A stretch of DNA of 64,000 nucleotides, from positions 2,487,521 through 2,551,520 of the forward strand of contig BCKQ01000001.1 in the NCBI GenBank assembly GCA_001600695.1, read 5' to 3'. Origin of the DNA: Ascoidea asiatica JCM 7603. Taxonomy: Eukaryota > Fungi > Ascomycota. Under the pieces are notes generated by a model that searched no databases, had not been told where the DNA came from, and saw only the letters and a list, made by a program, of their open reading frames with translations. The position numbers were made by a program, and so were the translations under genes. Below, in pieces: positions 1 through 11,258 of this stretch (the first letter of the stretch is position 1; each line of letters opens with the position of its first letter).

Positions 1-2324
1 AAAATAAAGAAGAACAAACAATAAACGGGGGCCAAAATATTGGCCGCGTAGCTGAGTTAAAAAATGATACAAAAAAAGAAGATTCATCAATTGCAGATGC
101 ATCTGAATTAAACTCTCAGGATTTTGGTGAGTACATAGATGAACAAGTAAATCCCTCAGAAAGCAAAATTTCTAATGAATCTGACTATACTAATGATGAC
201 GATGATGATGATAGTGAAAATGAAAATAAAAACGAGGATTTTGCACAAAATAGAAGTAGAAATAGGCTTTCTAATAATAAGAAAAAGGTTACCAAAGGTT
301 CATCTAAAAGAAAAACACCAAAGAAGAAATCAGCGGCTAAAAGAAAAGTTAAAGTCCCTTATCATAAAAGAATCACACAAAAGCTTTTTGAGCGTCATCC
401 ATATTTGGCTGATGTATTCAGTAATCTTGAAGCCAGTGAACCGCAAAAGACAAAAAAAGCCTCTCAGCCTAAAGGAATGGCGGTTCAGCTTCTACCATTT
501 CAACTCGAAGGGCTTAATTGGCTTATTAATCAAGAAGAAACCATATACCATGGTGGGATTCTCGCTGACGAAATGGGAATGGGTAAAACCATTCAAACAA
601 TTGCATTACTTATGAATGATAGATCAAAAAAGCCCAATTTAGTTGTGGCTCCAGCTATTGCTTTAATTCAATGGAGAAATGAAATCAATCAGCATACTAA
701 CAATGGAATGTCAATCGCTCTTTATCATGGTGCAAATAGAGTAAGAGATGTAAAAGCTTTGCAAAACAGTGACGTTGTTCTCACTACATATTCTATTTTA
801 GAGTCTGATTTCCGAAGAGAAAGATATGGCTTTAAACGCCAATCTGGAATTGTTAAAAAAAAGTCTCCCCTTCATTCTGTTAATTTTTATAGGGTCATAT
901 TAGATGAAGCTCATAATATAAAGGACCGTAATACTGGGTTTGCTAAAGCATCAAATGCTGTAAAAACGCAAAAAAGATGGTGCTTAAGTGGAACTCCTTT
1001 GCAAAATAGAATTGGCGATCTATATTCTCTAATTCGATTTCTCAATATTCTTCCTTTTTCAGAATATTTTTGTGCTGATTGTGATTGCCATTCAACTGAA
1101 TGGAGCATGACAGGTAATAGTTATTGTAATAGATGTGGACATATTCCAATGAGACATACTAGTTTTTTCAATCATTTCATGCTAAAAAATATCATTAAGT
1201 TTGGTATTGAGGCCGAAGGAGTAGAAAGTTTTAACAATTTACAACTACTTTTGAAAAATATAATGCTAAGAAGAACTAAGGTTGAGAGAGCAGACGATTT
1301 AGGATTACCCCCTAGAATCGTGGAAGTCAGAAGGGACTTTTTTAATAGCGAAGAAAAGGATCTCTATACGTCGCTTTACTCTGATTCAAAAAGGCAATTC
1401 AATACTTATGTCGAAGAAGGAGTTGTTTTAAACAATTATGCCAATATTTTCACATTAATCACAAGGATGAGACAATTATCTGATCATCCAGATTTAGTTC
1501 TAAGAAGGGTTAAAAGTCAAAATGATCCCATGAGTAAGTATTCTTTTCAAAATATTATATGTCAGATATGTGACGATGAGGGGGAAGATGCAATCGAATC
1601 TAAATGCCATCATAAATTTTGTCGTCTATGTATTCAAGAGTATATAGACAGTTTCACAGGTCCAAAAGATAAATTACAATGCCCAACTTGTCACATAGGA
1701 TTATCCATTGATCTTTCCCAGCCTGCTATTCATATTGATGAACAAGTTTTCAAAAAGAGTAGCATCGTCAATAGAATAAATATGAGTGGAAAATGGAGAA
1801 CATCCACCAAAATTGAAGCATTGGTTGAAGAATTATATCGGTTGAGAAGTGACAAATTGACGATCAAATCCATTGTTTTTTCCCAGTTCACAAGTATGCT
1901 AGACTTGGTTGAATGGAGACTCAAAAGAGCTGGATTCCAAACTGTAAAACTACAGGGATCAATGTCTCCAGAGCAAAGAGACAAAACTATACAATATTTT
2001 ATGGATACTATAGGTTGTGAAGTGTTTTTAGTATCTACAAAAGCTGGTGGAGTTGCTTTAAATCTTTGTGAAGCATCAAATGTTTTTATACTTGATCCTT
2101 GGTGGAACCCCAGTTCAGATAATCAAGCCGCAGATCGTGTTCATAGAATAGGACAATTTCGTCCAGTCAAAATTACCAGATTTTGTATACAAGATAGTAT
2201 TGAATCTAAAATTGTGGAACTACAGGAAAAGAAGGCAAATATGATAAATGCAACAATTAATCATGATGAAGCTGCTGCAAATAAGTTAACTCCAGCTGAT
2301 TTAAAATTTTTGTTTTCAAATTAA
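1..2324 (+). CDS. RAD16: Rad16 SNF2-family helicase / RING E3 of global-genome nucleotide excision repair (5'-partial)
   Basis: Frame is open from position 3 with no stop, so the true start lies upstream of the window and the track's 405 start is an internal TTG. Motifs: [14 protein letters not shown] (I), ILDEAH (II), LSGTPLQN (III), C3HC4 [38 protein letters not shown] (VI). Confidence 0.95.
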   Translation, partial: NKEEQTINGGQNIGRVAELKNDTKKEDSSIADASELNSQDFGEYIDEQVNPSESKISNESDYTNDDDDDDSENENKNEDFAQNRSRNRLSNNKKKVTKGSSKRKTPKKKSAAKRKVKVPYHKRITQKLFERHPYLADVFSNLEASEPQKTKKASQPKGMAVQLLPFQLEGLNWLINQEETIYHGGILADEMGMGKTIQTIALLMNDRSKKPNLVVAPAIALIQWRNEINQHTNNGMSIALYHGANRVRDVKALQNSDVVLTTYSILESDFRRERYGFKRQSGIVKKKSPLHSVNFYRVILDEAHNIKDRNTGFAKASNAVKTQKRWCLSGTPLQNRIGDLYSLIRFLNILPFSEYFCADCDCHSTEWSMTGNSYCNRCGHIPMRHTSFFNHFMLKNIIKFGIEAEGVESFNNLQLLLKNIMLRRTKVERADDLGLPPRIVEVRRDFFNSEEKDLYTSLYSDSKRQFNTYVEEGVVLNNYANIFTLITRMRQLSDHPDLVLRRVKSQNDPMSKYSFQNIICQICDDEGEDAIESKCHHKFCRLCIQEYIDSFTGPKDKLQCPTCHIGLSIDLSQPAIHIDEQVFKKSSIVNRINMSGKWRTSTKIEALVEELYRLRSDKLTIKSIVFSQFTSMLDLVEWRLKRAGFQTVKLQGSMSPEQRDKTIQYFMDTIGCEVFLVSTKAGGVALNLCEASNVFILDPWWNPSSDNQAADRVHRIGQFRPVKITRFCIQDSIESKIVELQEKKANMINATINHDEAAANKLTPADLKFLFSN

Positions 2325-2771
2325 ACTAGTTTCCAGTGATAAACTACATTCATTTTTTTTTTACTTTTTCTCAATAAGGTTTCGAACCTTTTTTCAATTG
2401 TATAGTAAAATAAAATACATAATAACGTAATATATTGGCCGTAGAGGAACATAATTTATATCTATCAAATGTCTATTTGGGGAAATTAAAGAGAGAAATT
2501 GAATCATATTAAAAAAACTACAAAAAAATTAGCAATTATAATAGAGTGATGTTGATAAAAGTAATAGTGAAGTTTACATTTGTTTAAAATGAGAGAGATA
2601 GCGAAAAAGATGAAAATATTGAAAGTATTATCTAAAAAGATTGAAAAAAAAAAAATATTAGCAAAGAAATATGCATATAAATTAAACGAATTGAGAGTAT
2701 TCAAAGTCTTTAATGACAGTTAACTATTTATCTAAAAAGAGAAGGAAGAATAATGAAAAGCAGTACCATCT

Positions 2772-5700
2772 TTACATCCTAGCATAATAATCTTCATACC
2801 TTTTCCTATCGAATTTGAATAAGGTCTTATCTATACTATTGCTACAATACCAAGAGTTATGTGCGTGATCCTTTTTGAATTCAATTGTTGGAGAATAAAA
2901 ATAATTAGGCTGAATTGGTAAAATAGAAGGAATATTGGTTAAATTAAGAACTCTTAATTTTAGATGGTAAGACATCATAGAGCTGGATGATTTATGATTA
3001 ACCATACTAAATTTAGAAACTATTTTTTTAAAGGTTTCTAAATCTGGAGTTAAAATATCATTAACATGCGTTATAAAATGATTACTCTCAAAATTGTAAA
3101 ATTTTCCAGGAGAGCCTTCCATTACATCTGATATAAAAATTCCAGAAGGCAAGCCAGGATGATAATGTTTAGAAGCAGTTGAAGCAAGAGGAATGGGCGA
3201 GATAGAAGCAGGAGATTGCAAAATTTTAGGAGATGATGGGTTAGAGGAGTCATCTTCAAATCCTTCTTTAATAATATTATTAATTCGTGGGTTAGTTTGA
3301 TTGACAATATTATTATTGTTAATCAATTGTCTTACTGCCAAATGAGGTTTTTGTAATATTAAGCCAGCCCAAATTAATATTTGATTTGTGTTCTGAACTT
3401 CCTGAGTTTTCACCTTGAACTTTATTTCTCTTTCCTTTCGAACAACACTGAAATTCAATATTTTATTGTAAAACATTAAATCTAAATCGGCAAATCTATT
3501 TACCGGAAGATCATTGATTGATAAAATAATATCGTTTGGCTGAAGTGTAGGAACATCTAGTTGTTGACCAACAGAATTGGAGGATTCAAACATCATAACT
3601 TCCCTATCAGGAAATTCAGGAACATCAGTATTCAAAGGTGAATAAGAAACAGGTAAATGATTTGAATATAGATATTCCGAACAAATTAATTTTGAAACTT
3701 CCAAAAATTGTAACTTGCTTTGCAGTGAGGTTTGGCTGTTTAAAAAGTGGTTTGCATCTGTTGGATTCACATTTTCCTTATTCTGCTTCATTTCTAAATA
3801 GCTCACTCGATCATCGGAAAGTCCTTTGATTCTGGCCTTTAAAACAGAAATTGTACTGAATTCTGACTCCAAAATTCTTATTTTAGGCACCTTATTAAAC
3901 TGCCTAAAATGCATAATAATTCCAATTAGATGAAATATATCTATACCCATATTGTATGTCTCGTTGAATCGGGAGGCAGTTTCCAAAGAATGTACTCCCT
4001 TTAGATTATTTCCGTTGAAAACATTGAATTTGAACCAAACAGCTAATATTTCAAAAGTCTGAGTATCACAAAGCACTCCCATATGGCATTTCGATTGAAT
4101 ATAACTATTGTCAACCTTAACCAATTCAATATTGCAACATTTATAATAAGGAAGTATGGGGTTAACCCTGATATTATTAGAGATAGTTATATCCTTTATT
4201 TTTGTTTCAATAATTTGTAATTTGAAATTAGCATCATATCCAATAAATAAAACATTCATGTTTTTTCTTATATTATTTAAAGTAACGGATTTACTAAAGC
4301 TAGGTGTAGAGGAGATGAAATTGGATTCAAAACTGATGAGAGTTGGATCATATTTGATTATGGAATAGTTTTGAAATGGATGCATAAATATCACTTTTCC
4401 AGGTAAAGAAATAGACTCATTGAATTCAATGCAAACATCACAAAAATCATGAGGCACATAGTACCTTGAAACTAAAACTAACCCTTTGGAATTATCTATA
4501 ATTAAGCCGTAACATTTTTTAATTGATTTTGGAAACGAGTCTATAGTGAAGGGAAATCGAATTTCAAGTTTGACAAAACTTTTAATGATATTACAAACAT
4601 TGAAATTTTGTTTGTAGTAATCTTTAAGCAAATTTAATTCGAAGCTCATATTGTGGACAAGTTGTTTTTTTATAGGTAAAGTTGGCAAATAGTACTTATC
4701 ATCTAAATCTTCATAACACCATAAACCTGATTTGTTATCAAATTCATAGACTCTAAATGTTTTGAACCAGTGCTTATCTACTGTTGTTATTTTGAAATAT
4801 TGTTGATTCAAATTTTTAAGACATCTAAAACTTATTGATATTTTCTTATCATCTGGAATTCTTTTGACAATCTCAATCATATCATCTAGAGATAAAACAT
4901 CATTATTGTCAATGGAGTCGATGATAGAACATGATATATCAATGTCGAGAAAAGATCCAGCAGAATTATGCATATAAACTCCTTTAATTGGTAAATTAAA
5001 ATATCTTGCGATATTATAACTAATATTATTGAAAGTTTCCCCTGAAACTTCAAGAAACTTCAAGGGACTAACTTCAAATAAATCTTGCACCCTTAATTTA
5101 ATTTTAACATTTTCTCCACTTCTTTGAACGACTAAAATTATTTCTGTGTCAATCGAATTATCTAAGATTTCGTCAATTTGAATTAACGAACAAATATCAA
5201 AATTATTGATTGAAATTAATATATCTCCCTCTAAAATTTTTCTGAAAGCCGGTCCAAATGGTAAAACAACTTTCGCTGCTAATAGCCCATTTATATCTGG
5301 AAATTTTTCTCTAGCGATACTTTCAACTGAAGACTCCAACCCGAGTTTTCGGCACTCATTGAATGTTCTTAAAATCCATTGAACTTGAATTGTACCTCTA
5401 TCAATATTAAGTTTATTGTAAAGCTTTTTAATTCTGTAAGTTTTATTAATCCCATTAGGTGTCAATTTATTCACAATGGAGCTGGTATGCTTATTTGTTG
5501 TTGAATGTTTGATGGTATTCCCAATAGGACTTGGGTTTGTAATGGGCTCATTACTATCTAACATTGTTGTGGAGTTTGTAACAGTGTCAGTATCAAAAAT
5601 TGTTATTGTCTTGAACAATGTGCTTTGTTCAATATTTTCTTGTATTCTAGCAACAATTTCTTGAACCCTGTAAAGAGGCAAAAAAAAATTTGTTGAGGTA

Positions 5701-7232
5701 GAGGTATCGTTATTATTGATGAAACTACTAGTTTGCAATGCAATGGCATAACCATTAATATCGATAACGGGAGATCCACATGTTAAAAACCTTTGATCAA
5801 AATCATTTTGAGTTAAGGACATATTGAAAGAATTATAAGTCAAACCTTGAATATATTCAGTATTAAAATCATTGTAAGATAATGGACCATAAAAAGGAGC
5901 ATTACAATCAAGTTTTGAAACAAACCCATTCAATACATTAAGACTATTTTCTTCATCTTGATTATTAGTTAAACTAATAGAATTAGAGTTACTTGCTAAG
6001 TTTAAATTATTATTACTCAAAGAAAATATTTTAAATTCACATCCTAATTTAACTAAATTTGGTACTAAGTTTAACTCCGATAATTTTAAAAATTTGATTG
6101 CCGAGATATCAAATTTTAAAATCATGAAATCATGTACAGGATCAATACATAAAGGTTTAACTAAAATTTCTTCAAAATTATTGAAAATAGCAGTTATTTT
6201 GGTTGGACCAGTACCAATAATTTTTTTACAAGTTAGGATTAAACCATTTTTTGAATCTACTATAAAACCTAAAGTTTTAAAAATACCTTTCGATTCATAA
6301 TCATAATTAAATAATTTATTAAATTTCAAAATTAGAATTGATTTTGAAACTTTGGAAATGATATTTTGCCAAATTAAATCCTTTTGAATTAAATTCAAAG
6401 GAGGAGGGGAGGGAATTTCTTCTAATGGTTTAACATATAATGAACTAGTATATGTATTTGATCTATTGATTATACTTTTAGTTTTATTTGCTGGAGTTAT
6501 AGGAGAATCTTCATGATCATTTTTAGTAATTAACATACTTTTAAAATTATCGATTATTGAAGTTGAATATTGATGTTTGAAACTTAGAGATTCAAAATCA
6601 TTATTATTATCAGTTATTATATGAATATTATGAATATTTTGACTATTTTGATTGGTTTGATTATTTTGATTTGAGTCTGAATTAGCATTCGAATTTGCTT
6701 CATTATAGGAATTTATAATATTAAGATTACTAGCTTCATTTCCATGATTATTATTTGAAACAAATTTGAATGAATTCAAAGAATTTGAGTTTGGCATATG
6801 AGGATTTAAACCTATTGTTGGAACGGGTGGTATTGAAATATTTGGCGGTTCTGGACTATCTAATTCACTTAAATTTACAATACCAGTTATAATATCGTTA
6901 GTATCTATACTGTTATTATAATTATTTTTCAAATTTTTTAAATTTTTGTTAATTTTAGTTGAACTTGAATTAGAAGATAAACGAATATGATCAGAAATTA
7001 AAGGATGCAATTGAATTGGAGAATATGAGAATGGAGCATTTGAATCATTTGGTAAAGGAGGAGGTATATTTGGAGGAAGAGAACTTGTTATTATATTGAT
7101 TCCACTATGATTTTGACTTTGTTTTTTATTATTAGAAATATTTGAAGAAGGTATTTTATAAGGTAATTGATCTTTTTTGATTCCTTTTAAACTTCCTTTT
7201 GATGTAGTTGAAGGAGATTTTCTTTTTAACAT
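2772..7232 (-). CDS. NMA111: Nma111/Ynm3 HtrA-like protease-PDZ protein; catalytic residues degenerate
   Basis: Family motifs GFIVDSKNGLILT, DPVHDF, YNDFNTEYIQ, GSPVIDINGYAIALQ, RGTIQVQW, second protease-like module (GLVLVSRYYVPHD, FMHPFQNY) and PDZ repeats. First ATG is at 7232 (MLKRK, NLS-like); the track's 7265 start is TTG. Confidence 0.85.
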   Translation of the reverse strand: MLKRKSPSTTSKGSLKGIKKDQLPYKIPSSNISNNKKQSQNHSGINIITSSLPPNIPPPLPNDSNAPFSYSPIQLHPLISDHIRLSSNSSSTKINKNLKNLKNNYNNSIDTNDIITGIVNLSELDSPEPPNISIPPVPTIGLNPHMPNSNSLNSFKFVSNNNHGNEASNLNIINSYNEANSNANSDSNQNNQTNQNSQNIHNIHIITDNNNDFESLSFKHQYSTSIIDNFKSMLITKNDHEDSPITPANKTKSIINRSNTYTSSLYVKPLEEIPSPPPLNLIQKDLIWQNIISKVSKSILILKFNKLFNYDYESKGIFKTLGFIVDSKNGLILTCKKIIGTGPTKITAIFNNFEEILVKPLCIDPVHDFMILKFDISAIKFLKLSELNLVPNLVKLGCEFKIFSLSNNNLNLASNSNSISLTNNQDEENSLNVLNGFVSKLDCNAPFYGPLSYNDFNTEYIQGLTYNSFNMSLTQNDFDQRFLTCGSPVIDINGYAIALQTSSFINNNDTSTSTNFFLPLYRVQEIVARIQENIEQSTLFKTITIFDTDTVTNSTTMLDSNEPITNPSPIGNTIKHSTTNKHTSSIVNKLTPNGINKTYRIKKLYNKLNIDRGTIQVQWILRTFNECRKLGLESSVESIAREKFPDINGLLAAKVVLPFGPAFRKILEGDILISINNFDICSLIQIDEILDNSIDTEIILVVQRSGENVKIKLRVQDLFEVSPLKFLEVSGETFNNISYNIARYFNLPIKGVYMHNSAGSFLDIDISCSIIDSIDNNDVLSLDDMIEIVKRIPDDKKISISFRCLKNLNQQYFKITTVDKHWFKTFRVYEFDNKSGLWCYEDLDDKYYLPTLPIKKQLVHNMSFELNLLKDYYKQNFNVCNIIKSFVKLEIRFPFTIDSFPKSIKKCYGLIIDNSKGLVLVSRYYVPHDFCDVCIEFNESISLPGKVIFMHPFQNYSIIKYDPTLISFESNFISSTPSFSKSVTLNNIRKNMNVLFIGYDANFKLQIIETKIKDITISNNIRVNPILPYYKCCNIELVKVDNSYIQSKCHMGVLCDTQTFEILAVWFKFNVFNGNNLKGVHSLETASRFNETYNMGIDIFHLIGIIMHFRQFNKVPKIRILESEFSTISVLKARIKGLSDDRVSYLEMKQNKENVNPTDANHFLNSQTSLQSKLQFLEVSKLICSEYLYSNHLPVSYSPLNTDVPEFPDREVMMFESSNSVGQQLDVPTLQPNDIILSINDLPVNRFADLDLMFYNKILNFSVVRKEREIKFKVKTQEVQNTNQILIWAGLILQKPHLAVRQLINNNNIVNQTNPRINNIIKEGFEDDSSNPSSPKILQSPASISPIPLASTASKHYHPGLPSGIFISDVMEGSPGKFYNFESNHFITHVNDILTPDLETFKKIVSKFSMVNHKSSSSMMSYHLKLRVLNLTNIPSILPIQPNYFYSPTIEFKKDHAHNSWYCSNSIDKTLFKFDRKRYEDYYARM

Positions 7233-9297
7233 ATTTGAATATAAAAGTACTATAAGTGAAATCAAGTGAAATTGTTGATAATCTGATTGGTTTTAAATAT
7301 TGGTAGCAATATTATAGTATAATAGTAGTAAATAGTAGCACTAGTAGTTATATATAGTGATAGTGATATTGATAATAAAATTGAAGAGCTGAGAGACTAA
7401 GATAAAGTAGCAATGGGAAAAAGTCAATAAAACAAAAATATTTATCTTGAAATTAATTGATTGGACTTTTAATAATTGTTTTATAAGCTTAAAGTGAATA
7501 ATTATTCGATCTAACGGTGAAAGAAAATAAATATATTAATATAAACCAAAATTAGGAATATCTAAATAAGTAAATGTAGTAAGTATCAGGATTTGATTTA
7601 TGTGACACTAAAACGCATAAACATATTGAAAAGCAATAATGCTTATGGAATTGATTTGAATTAAAAGAAATTGGATTACTTTGAATTATCTAAATTAAAT
7701 TAGGTGTAAAAATGTTATGTGATTAGAAAAGACATTGCTAGATTATTACCACTGGAAGTTCAAAGTAATAAATAATAGACAAACGTATTTTAGAAGTGGT
7801 GTCCTTGAATATTGACTTAATAGTATTATTACTTTTAATATTTTAGAATATTGGAAAGAGTAGTTAGTAAAACGAGTGTTAAAAGTAATTATTCTCAGTT
7901 ACATAGAAAAGTGGACTAGATATTAAAGTATTAAAATATGCCTGATGAATTAGAATTCAGGATTTAATTGGGATTAAATAAAACATTTCAACTTAAGACT
8001 TTTTATCGTGTTTTAAAGTAAATAATAATAAACTAAAAGATTTACTTTTAAAACAATTGTTAGGAAATATTTGGTTTGAAAGTTATTGAACGTTATCGAC
8101 GGCTAACCTGACCATCTCTACGGTACATTAACACACTGTGTTTTTGTCAGATCTGCTGTAGAGTCTGATTTCAAACCGAACATCGTTTGAACTCAAACAA
8201 AGACACAAATATCCATAATTTAGATTCTTGCCTCGCCTAGAATAAATTTTTTGGACTACTTTCATGGCCAAAGTTCCACAGATGCTAGTCGTTGGTTTAC
8301 TACATTCACTGCCTACACAATAATAAAAGCTGTAGAAATCATTGGGTAATTCAGACTGAACTATTCCAGAAGGCTGGTGGAACTCAGAAAAAAATTCATT
8401 TCAAAGAAAACATAGGCTAATTTACAATATTGATTTTGCTTTACCTTTGCACTACAAGTACAATATTTCTTCTCTACTAGACAAGAAAAAATATGAGCAC
8501 AACAGAAATGGACTTGGAAATGAGTTTTTCACTGAAAAAAGAAGGTTATAATACTTTCTAGAGTTTAAGAATAGAAGTGGATATTTAGTTTCCTACTAAT
8601 CATTGATCATATAGCCTTACGTTATCTGAGTATAAGCTTCGAAATTTTACAAGAACGACGACAATTATTGTCGTTCTTCTAAAAATGTCTGCAATGACGA
8701 TATTAGCTAATAGTTAGGTTTTTTTAATGATTACCTAATGTCTTGCTTTTCAATTGCAGTTTTTTGGCTGAAAATACAGGAAGTCCAGCTAGGGCTTTTG
8801 GAAATCAGTATTTTAACGAAAAAAAAATTCTTAGAGCCCCCATAAATAACACATGATTATTTAATGCTGAACAGTTGAAAAACACTTACACTAACAATAT
8901 TTGTAAAATAACTTTTGAGTTCTTATGGCATAACACTCTGAATGTCTGTGGCTATCGCTTTAGAGATAAACCTCCATGAAAGCAGTCAATATCCCCTTTG
9001 TCACATGTTGTTGGTTAAGTTGGCGACTGGAAAACTTCTACCGGTCCTGATTCAACAATGTGGATGGATCTAATGAAAAACCTGGAAACCTCGTTTTGGC
9101 TGGTTTACTACGATTACCAATTTGTATGTGATTGTGTTTGAGATTGTAGTAAATATAATATTCAATATAGAATACAATTAAAGCTCAATTAAAGTCAAGC
9201 TCCAAAAAAAAATTAGAAACTTGATAAATACTAGATATTCAAACTATTCTAATATATTATAGATTCATTATAATAAAGGAGGCATAATATATTCAAA

Positions 9298-10825
9298 ATG
9301 GCTGATAAAGAAGTTCTTGTCTTAAGAGGTACCTTAGAAGGTGTGTATTTATCGTCTTAATCTTCAATTTTCACTATTATCATTTCATTACTTTCGAAAA
9401 ATTTATAATTAGTAAAGTCATTAGAATCAATCCAAGGCCTCTTTAAAAATGTCTCTTGGAATAAAATCAAGATAATTGAGTTTCGTTGAACGAAAATCCT
9501 AATCTTGATTCCATCATAATTTAAATATAAATTTCATTCAGTATGAATTTTTCCTTGAAAGTCTAGTCAACAGACTTGATCGATCTTTTAACTACACAAT
9601 AATGGAAATAATAACAAAAAGATTATAAAATGGTTTAAAGTTGTATCCATATATAAATCATGAAATGAATCTTACTAGTTATGTTTCTATCAAAAAAAAA
9701 AAAGTTTCAATTTCAAAAGAAAATTAAATTGAAAAGATACATTTCAAATCAAGAGTTATGTCTGTAGTCTTACCAAAAATAATTCAATAATCCTTTTTTT
9801 TTATCAGAATTTCCAAAAGCACTGAAATGATTTTATAAATTTGTGAAATTTTTTTACAAAAAAATTCAATAGTCTCGTTACTAACTTTCAATTTTGTTTT
9901 TTTAATTTTGTTTTTTAAAGGTCACAGTGGTTGGGTTACATCATTAGCAACAACTCAAGTCGATCCAGATATTTTATTATCTGGTTCAAGAGATAAAACT
10001 TTAATTGTTTGGCAATTAACTAGAGATGAACAAGCTTATGGTGTTCCAAAAAGATCTTTCCAAGGTCATAATCATATCATTCAAGATTGTTGTATCTCTC
10101 CTGATGGTTTATTTGCTTTATCTGCTTCTTGGGATAAAACTTTACGTTTATGGGATATTGAAACTGGTGCTTGCACAAGAAGATTTGTTGGTCATACTTC
10201 TGATGTTTTAAGTGTTTCAATTGCTAAAAATTCAAGACAAATTGTTTCTGCTTCAAGAGATAAAACTGTTAAACTTTGGAATACTATCGGCCAATGTATT
10301 GAAACTTTAAGAGGTCATGGTGATTGGGTGTCTGCTGTTAGATTTTCCCCAGAAGAACAAACAACTACCGTTGTATCTGCTGGTTGGGATAAATTAGTTA
10401 AATCTTGGGATTTAACTGATTATTCTGTCAAATCTGATTTTGTTGGTCATACTGGTTATGTTTCTTGTATCACTATTTCTCCAGATGGATCTTTATGTGC
10501 TTCTGGTGGTAAAGATGGTGCTATCATCTTATGGGATATGACTATTCCAAAAACTTTATACACCTTAAACTCTGGTGATGAAATTTATGCTTTAGCTTTT
10601 TCTCCAAATAGATACTGGTTATGTGCTGCTACTTCATCTTCCATTAAAATCTATAACTTAGAAGAACGTAGATTAATGGATGAACTTAAACCTGAATTTG
10701 CTTCTACTAGCAAAGCTAAAGACCCTGAATGTATCTCATTAGCTTGGTCTGCTGATGGTCAAAATCTATTTGCCGGTTATACTGATAATATTATTCGTGT
10801 CTGGCAAGTTATGACTAGTAGTTAA
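9298..10825 (+). CDS. ASC1: Asc1/RACK1 WD40 40S ribosomal protein; join(9298..9340,9921..10825)
   Basis: Exon 1 [14 protein letters not shown]+G splices in frame to GHSGWVTSL; seven WD repeats; YWLCAAT and LFAGYTDN motifs. Confidence 0.96.
9341..9920 (+). other. Spliceosomal intron of ASC1 (580 nt)
   Basis: 5' GTGTGT, branch point TACTAAC at 9879-9885, T-rich tract, 3' AAG; removal restores the conserved LRGTLEGH. Confidence 0.92.
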
Positions 10826-11258
10826 TTTTTAATTTAATTAATATAATTTATAACCTATTATACAAAAAATAACTTCTAACTTCTAACAAAAAATCTTTTT
10901 ATATCATCTTATGTAAAAATTCATATCCATCCATCTACTTTTTTATAATAAACTATCTAATTTATTTATAATTTATTTCTTCTCAAAATTCCTCTTCAAT
11001 ATTGAATGTTTGCTTCCTGATTTAACAAACTATGAAAAATCGAATAAGTGCTACGGTATTATACGGAATTATCTTTCATACTTAGACCGACAGACCGACA
11101 ACCCGGTAGAATACTGATTTCAGAGATTTAATTATGTTTTTCAGTAATCAGTTACACTAAATCTAAACAAAGAAATCAAAACAAATATTGACCTTGAGCT
11201 AAATTTATCAAATCTTTTTCATTCTCAATTTCAAGAAAAGCATTTACTTAATCAAAAA

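Noticed and set aside
175-615. 146-aa ORF overlapping RAD16
   Set aside because: Alternative-frame shadow of the RAD16 N-terminus, whose own frame is open from the window start.
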